DNA of 64,000 nucleotides from Candidatus Flemingiibacterium sp. (GCA_045589075.1 JAZNFI010000053.1:173-64172); one strand, 5' to 3'; positions 27,200-37,375 are shown, counted from the stretch's first letter. Numbers and translations are program-made. Notes: generated from the sequence alone by a model not told the origin.

Positions 27200-29245
27200 T
27201 TAGTTTTTAGCCATGTATTCATCGATGGCTTCCTTAAGGCTTGTTAGGGCGGTGGTCATAGAAACGTCCGAAAGAAGTGCTCCGGCAGCTTCGTAATAAC
27301 CGCCTCCGCCTATTTTTTCAAGTATAAGCTGCACGTTTATATTTCCTGCACTTCGCGCGGAAATATGAACGCTGTCCTCCACCTTTACAAGAGCAAAGCT
27401 TGCCATTACTCCCGACACGGAAAGCAACTTATCCGCAGCCTTCGCCGCAGCAATGCGGTCTTTGTCATTTCCGTCGCTGTCGCTCATTGATATGGCGAAC
27501 ATCTGACGGTAGGTTATGACGTTCATGGAGAATTTAGCCTCCCTCATGAAGTCCTCAAGCCCAGCCTTGAAGAACCATTGAACCTCCGTGGGGTTTGCCC
27601 CCTCAGAGCGAAGATACAGTGCCGCACTGAAGGTACGTACGCCGGTGTTTCTCGAAAACTGCTTGGTATCGAGCAGCATACCTGCGTAAAGCACATCCGC
27701 CTCCTCGCGGTGAAGGTCACCCATGGGAAGAGCCTGCTCAAGCATTTCAGCCACAAGCTCGCAAGCGCTTGATGCCGACGGTTCAATATAGGATATAATC
27801 GGCTCGCACTTAAATTCGCCTGTCTTTCTGTGATGGTCGATTATTGCAGTCATAGAAACATTGTCGGCAATATCGGGAGCCTCAAACTGCAGGGGGTTGT
27901 TTACGTCAACTATAACAAGCAGGGTGTTCGAGGTTATCATATCCTGCCCTGTTATGCTGTCGACGAAGATGTCGCTGTATTCGGGAAGTGCCGCAACACG
28001 GTTGACAGCCGCCTTTATATTTTCATCCTCGCGGCTTGCAACTATGTTTGCTTTAACTCCGCAGAATGCCGCAAGGCTCGCGATTCCTATGCACGCACCA
28101 ATAGAGTCGTAGTCGGGGTTGCGGTGGCCCATAATAAGCACGTTGTCCGCCTTTGCCATAGCAAGAGTGAGCTGATTTGCTATAACTCTCGCTCTCACCT
28201 TTGTACGTTTCTGCACGGTTTTTGTGCGTCCGCCGTAAAACTCGGTATTGTGACGGTTTTTAACCACCACCTGGTCGCCGCCGCGCTGGAGAGCAAGGTC
28301 AAGGGAGGCATGAGCGTCGCGGTCGCGGTCCTCAAGAGAACCTGAAGCGTTGGAAATTCCTATGGAAACGGTTACGGGCATACTGCCCTCGCCTATACGC
28401 ACCTCACGGATACGGTCAAGCACATCGAATTTGCGTTCAATAAACTCATCAAGATACCTTGATTCAAACAGAAAGATAAACTTGTTACGCTCGTACTCTT
28501 TGAGAATACCGCCAACAGAATCCGCCCACTCTTTAAGGATCGTCTCAACCTGCGCCGATGCGGAACGGTACTTTTCCTGAACAAACTGCATCAGCTCGTC
28601 AAGATTGTCTATCATAATGTGAGCGATAATGGTTTCTTCTTCAGAGATACGTTTAGCAAGCTGATTTTCCGTAGTGCGGTCGTTCCACACGGTAATAACG
28701 TAGTTCTTGTTCTGTGCGTTTATGCGGTATCCCTTTATACGGAAAACGCGGTCATATGCTACAGTTTCAACACCGTCCGGATAAGCTGCTTGTTCGGGGG
28801 ACGATGTAGTTTCGCTTATGATTTTGTCAACAGTAACGCCCGAAACCGTGTCGATATACTTGGCGTACAGCACTTCTCTCGGGTCTGCCGCTTTTGTAAA
28901 CGCATTATTGTACCAAATTATATGGCCTGCTTCATCGCATATCACTACGGGAAGGTACAGTTTGAATATAAAGTCAAGGGTGATGTTCCCGAGGATAGGA
29001 GAGAGCTTCTCATCGTCGGGAGCAGGCATTCTGAAGCTGAAAAAGCTGTATAGCCTAAGGGCAATAAATTCCGACGCCACAAGAACCACAAGCATGACGC
29101 CGCCCACAGCCAGGGCATTCAACTCGGACAGATACATAATAAGCGTATAAAGAACAAAAAAGATTGCAGCCACAACAAGCACCAGCGCAACACGTGCCGA
29201 AAGTGTAAATGGCTTTTTATCACGTTTGTTTTTCAAGTCGGTCAC
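27200..29245 (-). CDS. gdpP: Membrane-anchored DHH/DHHA1 phosphodiesterase of GdpP (c-di-AMP phosphodiesterase) architecture
   Basis: Two N-terminal TM helices, a degenerate GGDEF-like middle region, the DHH motif (IIDHHRK), and the GGGYYEAAG tail. The start is GTG. The gdpP-rplI-dnaB order matches Bacillus yybT-rplI-dnaC. Confidence 0.85.
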   Translation of the reverse strand: MTDLKNKRDKKPFTLSARVALVLVVAAIFFVLYTLIMYLSELNALAVGGVMLVVLVASEFIALRLYSFFSFRMPAPDDEKLSPILGNITLDFIFKLYLPVVICDEAGHIIWYNNAFTKAADPREVLYAKYIDTVSGVTVDKIISETTSSPEQAAYPDGVETVAYDRVFRIKGYRINAQNKNYVITVWNDRTTENQLAKRISEEETIIAHIMIDNLDELMQFVQEKYRSASAQVETILKEWADSVGGILKEYERNKFIFLFESRYLDEFIERKFDVLDRIREVRIGEGSMPVTVSIGISNASGSLEDRDRDAHASLDLALQRGGDQVVVKNRHNTEFYGGRTKTVQKRTKVRARVIANQLTLAMAKADNVLIMGHRNPDYDSIGACIGIASLAAFCGVKANIVASREDENIKAAVNRVAALPEYSDIFVDSITGQDMITSNTLLVIVDVNNPLQFEAPDIADNVSMTAIIDHHRKTGEFKCEPIISYIEPSASSACELVAEMLEQALPMGDLHREEADVLYAGMLLDTKQFSRNTGVRTFSAALYLRSEGANPTEVQWFFKAGLEDFMREAKFSMNVITYRQMFAISMSDSDGNDKDRIAAAKAADKLLSVSGVMASFALVKVEDSVHISARSAGNINVQLILEKIGGGGYYEAAGALLSDVSMTTALTSLKEAIDEYMAKN

Positions 29246-29295
29246 ATTCCTTTCGTGAAAAATTATATATTCCCCGATAATTACAACCTTTTCCT

Positions 29296-29319
29296 ATTAT
29301 GGCGATAATTCGCCATAAT
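29296..29319. promoter_or_regulatory. Inverted repeat with 10-bp perfect arms at the predicted 5' end of the gdpP transcript
   Basis: attatggcga-taat-tcgccataat, immediately downstream of the -10 element at 29330-29335. Confidence 0.5.
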
Positions 29320-29329
29320 AATTCATTAT

Positions 29330-29358
29330 ATTATATCACGTTTTTTTTGTTCTGTCTA
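29330..29358 (-). promoter_or_regulatory. Candidate promoter of gdpP-rplI-dnaB (TAGACA-17-TGaTATAAT)
   Basis: On the minus strand, TAGACA (29358-29353), a 17-nt spacer, then an extended -10 TGATATAAT ending at 29330. Confidence 0.5.
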
Positions 29359-29433
29359 CACTTCTTATAATTTGTTTAAAATTCGGTTACAAATTACAGT
29401 ATTTCGAGAGACCCCACACCTCTAACTGCACAA

Positions 29434-29463
29434 CAAAAAAAGAGCAGACCCTTTCGGGTCTGC
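29434..29463 (-). terminator. Rho-independent terminator after upp
   Basis: On the minus strand, GCAGACCC-GAAA-GGGTCTGC followed by CTCTTTTTTT. Confidence 0.8.
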
Positions 29464-29474
29464 CCAATCAGAAA

Positions 29475-30104
29475 TTATTTAGTTCCGAAAATTCTGTCGC
29501 CTGCATCGCCGAGACCGGGAACAATATATCCGTTCTCATTGAGGCACTCGTCCACATTTGCACAGTAAATCTGAACATCGGGGTGAGCCTTATTAAGAGC
29601 GTTTATACCCTCTGGAGCTGCTATAAGGCAAAGGAATTTGATGTTCTTGCCACCAAACGCCTTTATCTGTGTAATAGCGTCGATAGCAGATCCGCCTGTT
29701 GCAAGCATGGGGTCAACCACCACAATAAGACGTTCGCCTATATCCGGCGGAAGCTTGCAATAGTAGGGGTGAGGCTGGAGAGTTTCCTCGTCACGGTACA
29801 TACCGATGTGACCTACCTTTGCGGAGGGAACAAGGTTGAGAAGACCGTTGACCATTCCGAGTCCTGCACGAAGAATCGGAACCACGGCAAGCTTCTTGCC
29901 CTTTATCATCTTCTGGGTAGTCTTTTTAATGGGGGTTTCTATCTCCACATCCTCAAGGGGAAGATCGCGAAGTGCTTCGTAGCACATGAGCATGGTGATT
30001 TCTTCAACATTCTCGCGGAATTCCTTGTTGGAGGTGGATTTCATACGCATGATCGTGGTCTTGTGCTGAATCAGCGGATGATCAAAAATAGTTACGTTTT
30101 TCAT
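29475..30104 (-). CDS. upp: Uracil phosphoribosyltransferase
   Basis: HPLIQHK..., [20 protein letters not shown] and [12 protein letters not shown]. Confidence 0.95.
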   Translation of the reverse strand: MKNVTIFDHPLIQHKTTIMRMKSTSNKEFRENVEEITMLMCYEALRDLPLEDVEIETPIKKTTQKMIKGKKLAVVPILRAGLGMVNGLLNLVPSAKVGHIGMYRDEETLQPHPYYCKLPPDIGERLIVVVDPMLATGGSAIDAITQIKAFGGKNIKFLCLIAAPEGINALNKAHPDVQIYCANVDECLNENGYIVPGLGDAGDRIFGTK

Positions 30105-30137
30105 TGTAGCACCTGATTTCTTTGGCGTGAGCCGATA

Positions 30138-31499
30138 TTATTCTTCGTCCTTAGCCTTGCCTACAACGAGGTTTACGATGATGCCGAGGATAAGAGCGCA
30201 AGCGATAGAGGTAATGGTAATCTTACCGAAATTTAGGGTAAGACCGCCGATACCTGCGATAAGTATTGTGGACACAACAAACAGATTCTTATTCTGGTTG
30301 AGGTCAACCTTCTGAACCATCTTAAGGCCGGAAACTGCGATAAATCCGTAAAGCGCCATGCAAACGCCGCCCATTATGCAGGAAGGAATAGAGTTTACAA
30401 AAGCAACGAAGGGAGCAATAAAGGAAATGAACATCGCAAGAACAGCCGCAGTGAAGATGGTGTAAACGGAAGCGTTTCCGGTAATAGCCACGCAGCCAAC
30501 GGACTCACCGTAGGTGGTGTTGGGGCAGCCGCCGAAGAATGAGCCTACCATAGAGCCTACGCCGTCACCGAGAAGGGTGTTGGAAAGGCCGGGATCCTCA
30601 AGAAGATCGCTTTCAATGATAGAGGAAATGTTCTTGTGGTCTGCGATATGCTCTGCAAATACAACAAATGCAACAGGGAGATACGCAACTGCGAGAGCAG
30701 CAACATATGCACCGTCAATTTCCTTTACACCCTTGAAGGCTTCAACAAAGGTAAAGCCGGGAAGAGTTAAAAAGGTGTTGATGTTAACGCCGTTTGCCCA
30801 AAGGTTAGTGATATGGGTGAAGTCGATAACCTTAAGCGCGTCGATACCCGCAACGTTACCGATTACTGTAAAGACAGCAGCAACAGCGTAACCGCCGAGA
30901 ATACCGAGAATAAAGGGGATAAGGCGTGTCATCTTCTTGCCATAGGTAGCGCAGAGAATAACAATAATGAGAGTAACAAGACCTACGAGAACACAAATTA
31001 GGGGATGAGCAACCGAAACATTGTCAACCTTGAGTCCGCCGTTCTGAAGGTCGCCAACCGCATTTCCCGCAAGGGAAAGACCGATAATGGCAACAGTAGG
31101 ACCGATAACAACTGCGGGCATGAGCTTGTTTATCCAACTTACACCTGCAATCCTAACGATGATTGCAATAACTACGTATACAAGACCTGCGAATACTGCA
31201 CCAATGATAAGTCCCGCATATCCTGCCGCGGTGGAAACCGCACCTGCGAATGCAGCGCCCATTGAACCGAGGAATGCAAAGGAAGAGCCGAGGAATACGG
31301 GGCTTCTGAACTTGGTGAAGAGCAAATAAACGATAGTACCCATACCTGCGCCGAGGAGTGCCGCAGCAGGACTCATTCCGTTACCGATTATAACGGGAAC
31401 TACGAGAGTAGCCGCCATAATAGCAAGGAGCTGCTGGATAGCAAATACAATAAGCTGACCAAATTTGGGTTTGTCTTTTACGCCGTAGATGAGTTTCAT
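30138..31499 (-). CDS. uraA: Uracil/xanthine permease (NCS2 family)
   Basis: Polytopic membrane protein with NCS2-like motifs (QQLLAIMAATLVVP; TTYGESVG). I chose ATG 31499 (SD GAGAGG). The ORF track start at 31556 lies at or upstream of the predicted TSS. Confidence 0.85.
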   Translation of the reverse strand: MKLIYGVKDKPKFGQLIVFAIQQLLAIMAATLVVPVIIGNGMSPAAALLGAGMGTIVYLLFTKFRSPVFLGSSFAFLGSMGAAFAGAVSTAAGYAGLIIGAVFAGLVYVVIAIIVRIAGVSWINKLMPAVVIGPTVAIIGLSLAGNAVGDLQNGGLKVDNVSVAHPLICVLVGLVTLIIVILCATYGKKMTRLIPFILGILGGYAVAAVFTVIGNVAGIDALKVIDFTHITNLWANGVNINTFLTLPGFTFVEAFKGVKEIDGAYVAALAVAYLPVAFVVFAEHIADHKNISSIIESDLLEDPGLSNTLLGDGVGSMVGSFFGGCPNTTYGESVGCVAITGNASVYTIFTAAVLAMFISFIAPFVAFVNSIPSCIMGGVCMALYGFIAVSGLKMVQKVDLNQNKNLFVVSTILIAGIGGLTLNFGKITITSIACALILGIIVNLVVGKAKDEE

Positions 31500-31561
31500 T
31501 GGATTGTACCTCTCTTTATTGTAAAATAATATTTGTATTGCCAAGGTATTAACCATTTATT

Positions 31562-31590
31562 AATATATCATATATGCACACGTTTGTCAA
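31562..31590 (-). promoter_or_regulatory. Candidate promoter of uraA-upp (TTGACA-17-TATATT)
   Basis: On the minus strand, TTGACA (31590-31585), a 17-nt spacer, then TATATT (31567-31562). Confidence 0.55.
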
Positions 31591-31724
31591 TGCATATTTC
31601 AACAAAAATCCATTTTTTTCGATGATTCATAGGTTAAAATGCACATTGTATAGGCGAACCGCCCCTTTTCCTTTGTGGAAAAAAGAAAAAATGTTTAATT
31701 TGACGCTATTTTAACAATTTTGTG

Positions 31725-31753
31725 TTGATAAATTTCCGAAAATGTGGTAAAAT
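31725..31753 (+). promoter_or_regulatory. Candidate promoter of pgk-tpiA (TTGATA-17-TGgTAAAAT)
   Basis: TTGATA 31725-31730, a 17-nt spacer, then an extended -10 TGGTAAAAT ending at 31753. Confidence 0.55.
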
Positions 31754-31758
31754 ATTTT

Positions 31759-31776
31759 TGATTGCGAGCGCAATCA
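31759..31776. promoter_or_regulatory. 18-nt near-perfect palindrome at the predicted pgk transcription start (candidate operator)
   Basis: tgattgcg-ag-cgcaatca, with 8-bp arms, starting 6 nt after the -10 element. Confidence 0.4.
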
Positions 31777-31809
31777 GAACACGGAAATTTTTTATTGAGG
31801 TGAAAATAT

Positions 31810-33105
31810 ATGTACAACAAGAAGTCAGTAGAAGACATCGCTGTCCGTGGCAAGAGAGTTCTCTGCCGCTGCGATTTCAACGTACCCGTTAAAGACGGCA
31901 AAATCACCGATGATAAACGTATCGTCGGAGCTATGAAGACTATCAAGTACCTCGTTGACAACGGCGCAAAAGTTATTCTTTGCTCCCATATGGGCAGACC
32001 TCACAACGTGCTTGATGCAGAGCTTAAGCTCTCCAAGAAGGATAAGAAGAAAATAGAGGCACTTCCTGAGGCTGAACAGGCAGCAGCAACAGCAAAGATG
32101 CTTGAAAAGGCAAAGGACGACATAAACACCCTCTCTCTTAAAATCGTTGCTGATGACCTCGTTAAGAAAGGCATCAACGTAACCCTTGCAAAGGATGTTA
32201 TCGGCCCCGATGCACAGGCTAAAGCGGCTGCCCTTAAGGACGGAGAGGTTCTGCTTCTGGAAAATGTGCGTTTCCACGCGGCTGAAGAAAAGAACGAGCC
32301 CGAGTTTGCAAAAGCTATGGCAAGCCTCGCTGAAATCTACGTAAACGATGCTTTCGGTACAGCTCACAGAGCTCATGCTTCCACAGCAGGCGTTGCTGAT
32401 TATCTTGATACCGCAGTTTGCGGATACCTCATTCAGAAAGAAATAGATGTTATGGGCAAGGCTCTTGAGAACCCGGTACGTCCTTTTGTGGCTATCCTTG
32501 GCGGTGCAAAGGTATCGGACAAAATCGGTGTTATCAACAACCTTCTCGAAAAGTGCGACACCATCATCATCGGCGGCGGCATGGCTTACACATTCTTCAA
32601 GGCTATGGGAAATACAATCGGTTCCTCAATATGCGAACACGACAAGCTTGACCTTGCAAAAGATCTTATGGATAGAGCTGCAAAGAAGGGCGTAAACTTC
32701 CTTCTTCCCGTCGACAACAGGATCGGACGCGAGTATAAGGAAGACACTGTGTGCATGAGAATATACAGCGATTCTATTCCTGACGGCTGGATGGGCCTCG
32801 ATATAGGCGACAAGACCGAGGAGCTTTTCACTAAATCCCTCCAGGGCGCAGGTACCGTTATCTGGAACGGTCCGATGGGCGTTTCCGAATGGGAAAATTT
32901 TGCTTCCGGCACCCGTGCAGTAGCAAAAGCTATCGCAGAAAGCGGCGCTATCTCCATCATCGGCGGCGGCGACTCCGCAGCGGCTGTTGAAACTCTCGGT
33001 TATGCTGACAAGATGACTCACGTTTCCACCGGCGGCGGTGCGTCTCTGGAATTCCTTGAGGGACTTGAGCTTCCCGGTATTGCTTGCCTCAACGAGAAAG
33101 AATAG
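31810..33105 (+). CDS. pgk: Phosphoglycerate kinase (long form with ~33-aa insertion after the GRP motif)
   Basis: [35 protein letters not shown] and [17 protein letters not shown] upstream. Confidence 0.95.
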   Translation: MYNKKSVEDIAVRGKRVLCRCDFNVPVKDGKITDDKRIVGAMKTIKYLVDNGAKVILCSHMGRPHNVLDAELKLSKKDKKKIEALPEAEQAAATAKMLEKAKDDINTLSLKIVADDLVKKGINVTLAKDVIGPDAQAKAAALKDGEVLLLENVRFHAAEEKNEPEFAKAMASLAEIYVNDAFGTAHRAHASTAGVADYLDTAVCGYLIQKEIDVMGKALENPVRPFVAILGGAKVSDKIGVINNLLEKCDTIIIGGGMAYTFFKAMGNTIGSSICEHDKLDLAKDLMDRAAKKGVNFLLPVDNRIGREYKEDTVCMRIYSDSIPDGWMGLDIGDKTEELFTKSLQGAGTVIWNGPMGVSEWENFASGTRAVAKAIAESGAISIIGGGDSAAAVETLGYADKMTHVSTGGGASLEFLEGLELPGIACLNEKE

Positions 33106-33213
33106 TTTTGTCTGTGGCATCGCTATAATCGTTTGAAGGATTTAAAATAAACAGAATAAGGTAGGGGAGGGGCTTGCTCCTCCCGTACTACGTTTACGAA
33201 AGGAATAAAAACA

Positions 33214-33981
33214 ATGAATAAGGCAACAAGAAAGACAGTTATTGCAGGTAACTGGAAGATGAATATGACCCCCGAGGCAACCACCTCCTTTATGAAGGAG
33301 CTTGCTCCTATGGTCGCAGGCAAGGACAGCTGTGATATTGTTCTCTGTGTCCCCGCAGTTGACATCCCTGCCGCTGTTGAAGCCACCAAGGGCACTAATA
33401 TCAAAATCGGCGCAGAAAATGTGCATTTTAAGGCGTCGGGTGCATATACCGGTGAAATTTCTGCGGAAATGCTTACTGCATCCGGCGTTGAGTATGTGGT
33501 TATCGGCCACTCCGAGCGCCGTCAGTATTTCGGCGAAACAGACCAGACCGTAAATCTCCGTACCCTCGCGGCTGTAAATGCAGGTCTTACCGCCATTGTG
33601 TGCGTTGGCGAAACTCTGGAGCAGAGAGAGCTTGGCTACACAGAAACGCTTCTCAAATTCCAGACCAAGATGGCTCTTACAAACGTAACAAAGGACCAAC
33701 TCAAGAATATCATCGTTGCATACGAGCCCGTTTGGGCTATCGGCACCGGTGTTACCGCTACAGCAGACCAGGCTGATGAAGGAAACGGCTATGTACGCGC
33801 TGCTATAGCTGAAATGTTCGGAGCAGATGCGGCAGAGTCTGTAACCGTACAATACGGCGGTTCAATGAACGATACCAACGCAGCAGAGCTGCTCTCCAAG
33901 GTCAATGTTGACGGCGGTCTTATCGGAGGAGCTTCCCTCAAAACTGACAAATTCACCGCTATCATCAATGCAGCACAGTAA
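33214..33981 (+). CDS. tpiA: Triosephosphate isomerase
   Basis: IAGNWKMN, VIGHSERR, AYEPVWAIGTG and GGASLK. Confidence 0.95.
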   Translation: MNKATRKTVIAGNWKMNMTPEATTSFMKELAPMVAGKDSCDIVLCVPAVDIPAAVEATKGTNIKIGAENVHFKASGAYTGEISAEMLTASGVEYVVIGHSERRQYFGETDQTVNLRTLAAVNAGLTAIVCVGETLEQRELGYTETLLKFQTKMALTNVTKDQLKNIIVAYEPVWAIGTGVTATADQADEGNGYVRAAIAEMFGADAAESVTVQYGGSMNDTNAAELLSKVNVDGGLIGGASLKTDKFTAIINAAQ

Positions 33982-33992
33982 TTGAAAGCTGT

Positions 33993-34027
33993 AAAAAAAC
34001 GGGCTTTACAGCCCGTTTTTTTATTTT
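33993..34027 (+). terminator. Rho-independent terminator after tpiA
   Basis: aaaaaaacgggct / ttac / agcccgttttttt, followed by atttttaa. Confidence 0.85.
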
Positions 34028-34095
34028 TAAGTAAATGTCTGTGGGATAATATGCTAACCTCATCTGCCCGAATGTACATACCGGCGTCCCGGCAC

Positions 34096-34569
34096 CTATT
34101 CTTTACTTGACTTTTCTTTCATCTTTTTGATACGGTCAAGCTCCGTAAGAAAAGAATCAAGGTCGTGGAATTCACGGTAAACCGAAGCAAATCTGATGTA
34201 TGCCACCTCGTCTATGTCCAGAAGGCCCGTAAGTATGCGCTCACCTATCTCCAAGGTGGTTACCTCCATGCGCAGCCCGTTATGAAGGTCGTTTTCGATA
34301 CTGTCAACAAGTGCCGTCATCTGACGAAGGGAAACCGGGCGTTTACGGCAGGCCTTCTGTATGCCGTTAAGCACCTTTTCACGGTTGAATGCTTCTCTCG
34401 TGTTGTCACGCTTTATTACGATAAGCATGGATTTTTCAAGGGTTTCGTAGGAGGTGAATCTATGCTGGCAGTTAAGACATTCTCTCCTGCGCCTTATACT
34501 GCGGTCATCATCAATAGGTCGGGTATCCAAAACCTTATCGTCAGGACATCCGCAAACTGGACATTTCAT
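34096..34569 (-). CDS. nrdR: Transcriptional repressor NrdR
   Basis: MKCPVCG...DKVLDTR...RRRRECLNCQHRFTSYE zinc ribbon plus an ATP-cone. I chose ATG 34569. Confidence 0.92.
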   Translation of the reverse strand: MKCPVCGCPDDKVLDTRPIDDDRSIRRRRECLNCQHRFTSYETLEKSMLIVIKRDNTREAFNREKVLNGIQKACRKRPVSLRQMTALVDSIENDLHNGLRMEVTTLEIGERILTGLLDIDEVAYIRFASVYREFHDLDSFLTELDRIKKMKEKSSKE

Positions 34570-34691
34570 AGCTGAATCAAGCCTTTCTGTGCGATGCATT
34601 GTATGATCAATGACTGGTCGGAAACGAATATATGGTTAATTATAACACAAAAAATACTTTATGTAAACAGTTTAGATAAATTTTTTGTTTT

Positions 34692-35531
34692 TCACACGTT
34701 TAAGAACCAATACGCCAATACCACAATGCCGAGCACTATTCTGTACCACGCAAAAACTTTAAAGTCATGGCGCTTAATGAAGTCCATAAGGAATTTAATA
34801 CAAGCCATTGACACGGCAAAGGCGGTTACCATGCCAACTGCGAGAATAAGTCCCTCGGTAGGATTAAAGTTAAATCCAAACTTTACAAGCTTCAGAAGGG
34901 ATGCGCCAAACATAACGGGAATACCGAGGAAAAATGTAAACTCAGCGGCAACGGTGCGCGATACGCCAAGCATAAGTCCTCCAAGGATGGTAGAGCCGGA
35001 ACGGGAGGTGCCGGGGAAAATAGCGGCGATAAGCTGAAATATACCGATACCAACGGCGGTTTTGTAGCTTAACTCGTCAATAGAATTGCATTTAGGCGTG
35101 CTGTTCTTTCTCTTGTTCTCAACGATAATAAATCCGATACCCACGACGATAAGCATAATGCCAACCACGACGGGGTTGTAGAACATAGCATCAATCATAT
35201 CGTCAAACAGCAGTCCAACCACGGCGGCAGGAAGGCAGGCAACGATGATTTTAAGCCACAGTGAGAATTTGTCGCGCTTGATTATGCCAAGTATTTCTCC
35301 GTTTTTTGAAAAAGGCTGTATTTTATTCCAGAAAATCACCGCTACGGCGAGAATTGCACCAAGCTGTATAACAACATTAAACATTTCCGAAAATTTTTCG
35401 GAAACTCCTTTGAATTTCACAAATTCTTCAAGGAGAATGAGATGTCCTGTGCTTGAAATGGGAAGCCATTCGGTGATTCCCTCGATTATACCGAAAAGAA
35501 GGGATTTCAATGCTTCAAAAATTAACTGCAT
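34692..35531 (-). CDS. uppP: Undecaprenyl-diphosphate phosphatase
   Basis: GIIEGITEWLPISSTGHL and PGTSRSGSTI motifs, polytopic membrane protein. Confidence 0.92.
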   Translation of the reverse strand: MQLIFEALKSLLFGIIEGITEWLPISSTGHLILLEEFVKFKGVSEKFSEMFNVVIQLGAILAVAVIFWNKIQPFSKNGEILGIIKRDKFSLWLKIIVACLPAAVVGLLFDDMIDAMFYNPVVVGIMLIVVGIGFIIVENKRKNSTPKCNSIDELSYKTAVGIGIFQLIAAIFPGTSRSGSTILGGLMLGVSRTVAAEFTFFLGIPVMFGASLLKLVKFGFNFNPTEGLILAVGMVTAFAVSMACIKFLMDFIKRHDFKVFAWYRIVLGIVVLAYWFLNV

Positions 35532-35551
35532 ACGTTTTCCTCCATGTTGTT

Positions 35552-36826
35552 TTATACGGCTCTTAAAATGTCGCCGGGTTTTAATTCAAAGGGGACTTTC
35601 GCCCTAAATTCCATATAGGGGTGGGGTGCAGAGTCAATTATTTCGCCGTCCGTGGTGTAAAGCTCGCCAAGGCGGAGGGGGCGGCCTACCGAGCCGGGTG
35701 TAATGACCTCTGCATCGGAGTTTGCGAACACCTTGTTTCGCTGAATAAATGTAGCCATACCTGTGAGGCTATCATATGCCGTCACACGACAGAGATATGC
35801 TTTTTCCTTAATGTAACCGGGCTGCTTTGCGGTGTTTGCATCCTCCACGGGAGAGGAAAAATAATAACCCGTTGCATACTCTCTGTGGCTTACCGATTCA
35901 AGCTCGCGAAGCCAGGCAGAGTCGTACTCGTAATTCTTCGGGTCGGCAATATAGCGGTCGATAGCCATTCTGTAAACATTTGTAACTACCGCCGCATAGT
36001 ATTCGCTCTTCATTCTTCCTTCGATTTTGAAGCTGTCGATACCGCTTTCCATAAGCTCGGGGATATGCTCAATCATACACATATCCTTGCTCGACAAAAA
36101 GAACGTGCCACTGCCGTCTTCGATGACGGGGACACGGTTATCGGGACGTTTTTCCTCCGCTATCTCATAGGCTGCAACGCCCTCTCCTGCAATTTCGGAC
36201 GGTGCATAAGAAAAATTCCACCTGCAGGGCTGTGCGCACCTTCCTCTGTTTGCATCTCTGCCCACAAAGTGCTGTGAAAGCAGGCAACGTCCGCTGTAAG
36301 AAATACACATGGAGCCGTGGATGAAGGCTTCAAGCTCCAATTCAGGCGGTGTATTTGTCCGAATAGTCTTGATTTCATCGAGATTAAGCTCCCGTGCCAG
36401 CACAACACGTTTCGCGCCGAGTTTTGCCCATTCACGGCAGGCAGCAGCACTTACAGTGCTTGCCTGGGTTGAAACGTGAAGCTCTGTACTCGGCATATAT
36501 TCACGCACCAGTGCCATAACGCCGAGGTCTGCAGCAATAACCGCATCAATTCCGGAATCTGACAGCTTTTTTACAAATTCCGTCAGCTTCGGATATTCGT
36601 CGGTGTGAGGCATTGTATTAAGGGTGAGATATACACGTGCACCCCGCTCATGGGCATATTTTACAGCCTCGCAAAGCTCATCCTGTGTAAAATTATCGGC
36701 GGCTGCACGCATACCAAAATCGCTTCCGGCAAGATATACCGCGTCTGCACCGTACAGTATGGCAGATTTCATTTTATCAAAATTGCCCGCAGGAGATAAC
36801 AGCTCGGGCTTTTTTATATTTTCCAT
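35552..36826 (-). CDS. Peptidase U32 family protein (Fe-S-type U32; true substrate unknown)
   Basis: PELLSPAGN...AVYLAG N-terminus. Cys cluster GSMCISYSGRCLLS...RGRCAQPCR is typical of U32 proteins. I chose ATG 36826, preceded by AAGGAG. Confidence 0.85.
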   Translation of the reverse strand: MENIKKPELLSPAGNFDKMKSAILYGADAVYLAGSDFGMRAAADNFTQDELCEAVKYAHERGARVYLTLNTMPHTDEYPKLTEFVKKLSDSGIDAVIAADLGVMALVREYMPSTELHVSTQASTVSAAACREWAKLGAKRVVLARELNLDEIKTIRTNTPPELELEAFIHGSMCISYSGRCLLSQHFVGRDANRGRCAQPCRWNFSYAPSEIAGEGVAAYEIAEEKRPDNRVPVIEDGSGTFFLSSKDMCMIEHIPELMESGIDSFKIEGRMKSEYYAAVVTNVYRMAIDRYIADPKNYEYDSAWLRELESVSHREYATGYYFSSPVEDANTAKQPGYIKEKAYLCRVTAYDSLTGMATFIQRNKVFANSDAEVITPGSVGRPLRLGELYTTDGEIIDSAPHPYMEFRAKVPFELKPGDILRAV

Positions 36827-37044
36827 CTGTGCTTGCTCCTTATGAATCCATGGCATAAGAATAATTTATTACTATTATTTTACCACTGCAGACATAAAAA
36901 ATCAAGTCTATATATGAAAATCTTGCTATTTAGTTCCTTTTCCCCGAAAGCTCCGGACACGTCACCGTTTTTTATTCAGCCCCCAATATTCCCCGTAATG
37001 TATCATTATCCTTTTCAAAAATACAATTATTTTTTCTGATACTA

Positions 37045-37073
37045 TTGATATTTCCTTTCTGTTCAACTATAAT
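37045..37073 (+). promoter_or_regulatory. Candidate promoter (TTGATA-17-TATAAT) for the DUF1653/kinase pair
   Basis: TTGATA 37045-37050, a 17-nt spacer, then TATAAT 37068-37073. Confidence 0.55.
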
Positions 37074-37156
37074 ATAAACATCCCATACTCAAGCACAAAA
37101 TATTTTAAAAGTGTGTTGTGTGCCGCAGTAAATACAATATCCGGGAGTATATAACC

Positions 37157-37375
37157 ATGTACAGAATAAAAAAAGGCAAATACCGCCATTATAAGGGAAA
37201 TGAATACGAGGTCATCGGAATGGCAAAGCACTCTGAAACACTTGAAGATATGGTAATATACCGCGCTCTTTACGGTGCGGGCGACACATGGGTACGTCCA
37301 GCTTCAATGTGGGACGAGGAGATAAACGTTAACGGCAAGATAATAAAAAGGTTCACTCTTGTTGAAAATGAATAG
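37157..37375 (+). CDS. Small DUF1653-like protein (72 aa)
   Basis: MYRIKKGKYRHYKGNEYEVIGMAKHSETLEDMVIYRALYG...WVRPASMW matches my memory of the DUF1653 signature (YRHYKG..Y.V...A.H.ET.E..V.Y..LY). I chose ATG 37157. Confidence 0.7.
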   Translation: MYRIKKGKYRHYKGNEYEVIGMAKHSETLEDMVIYRALYGAGDTWVRPASMWDEEINVNGKIIKRFTLVENE

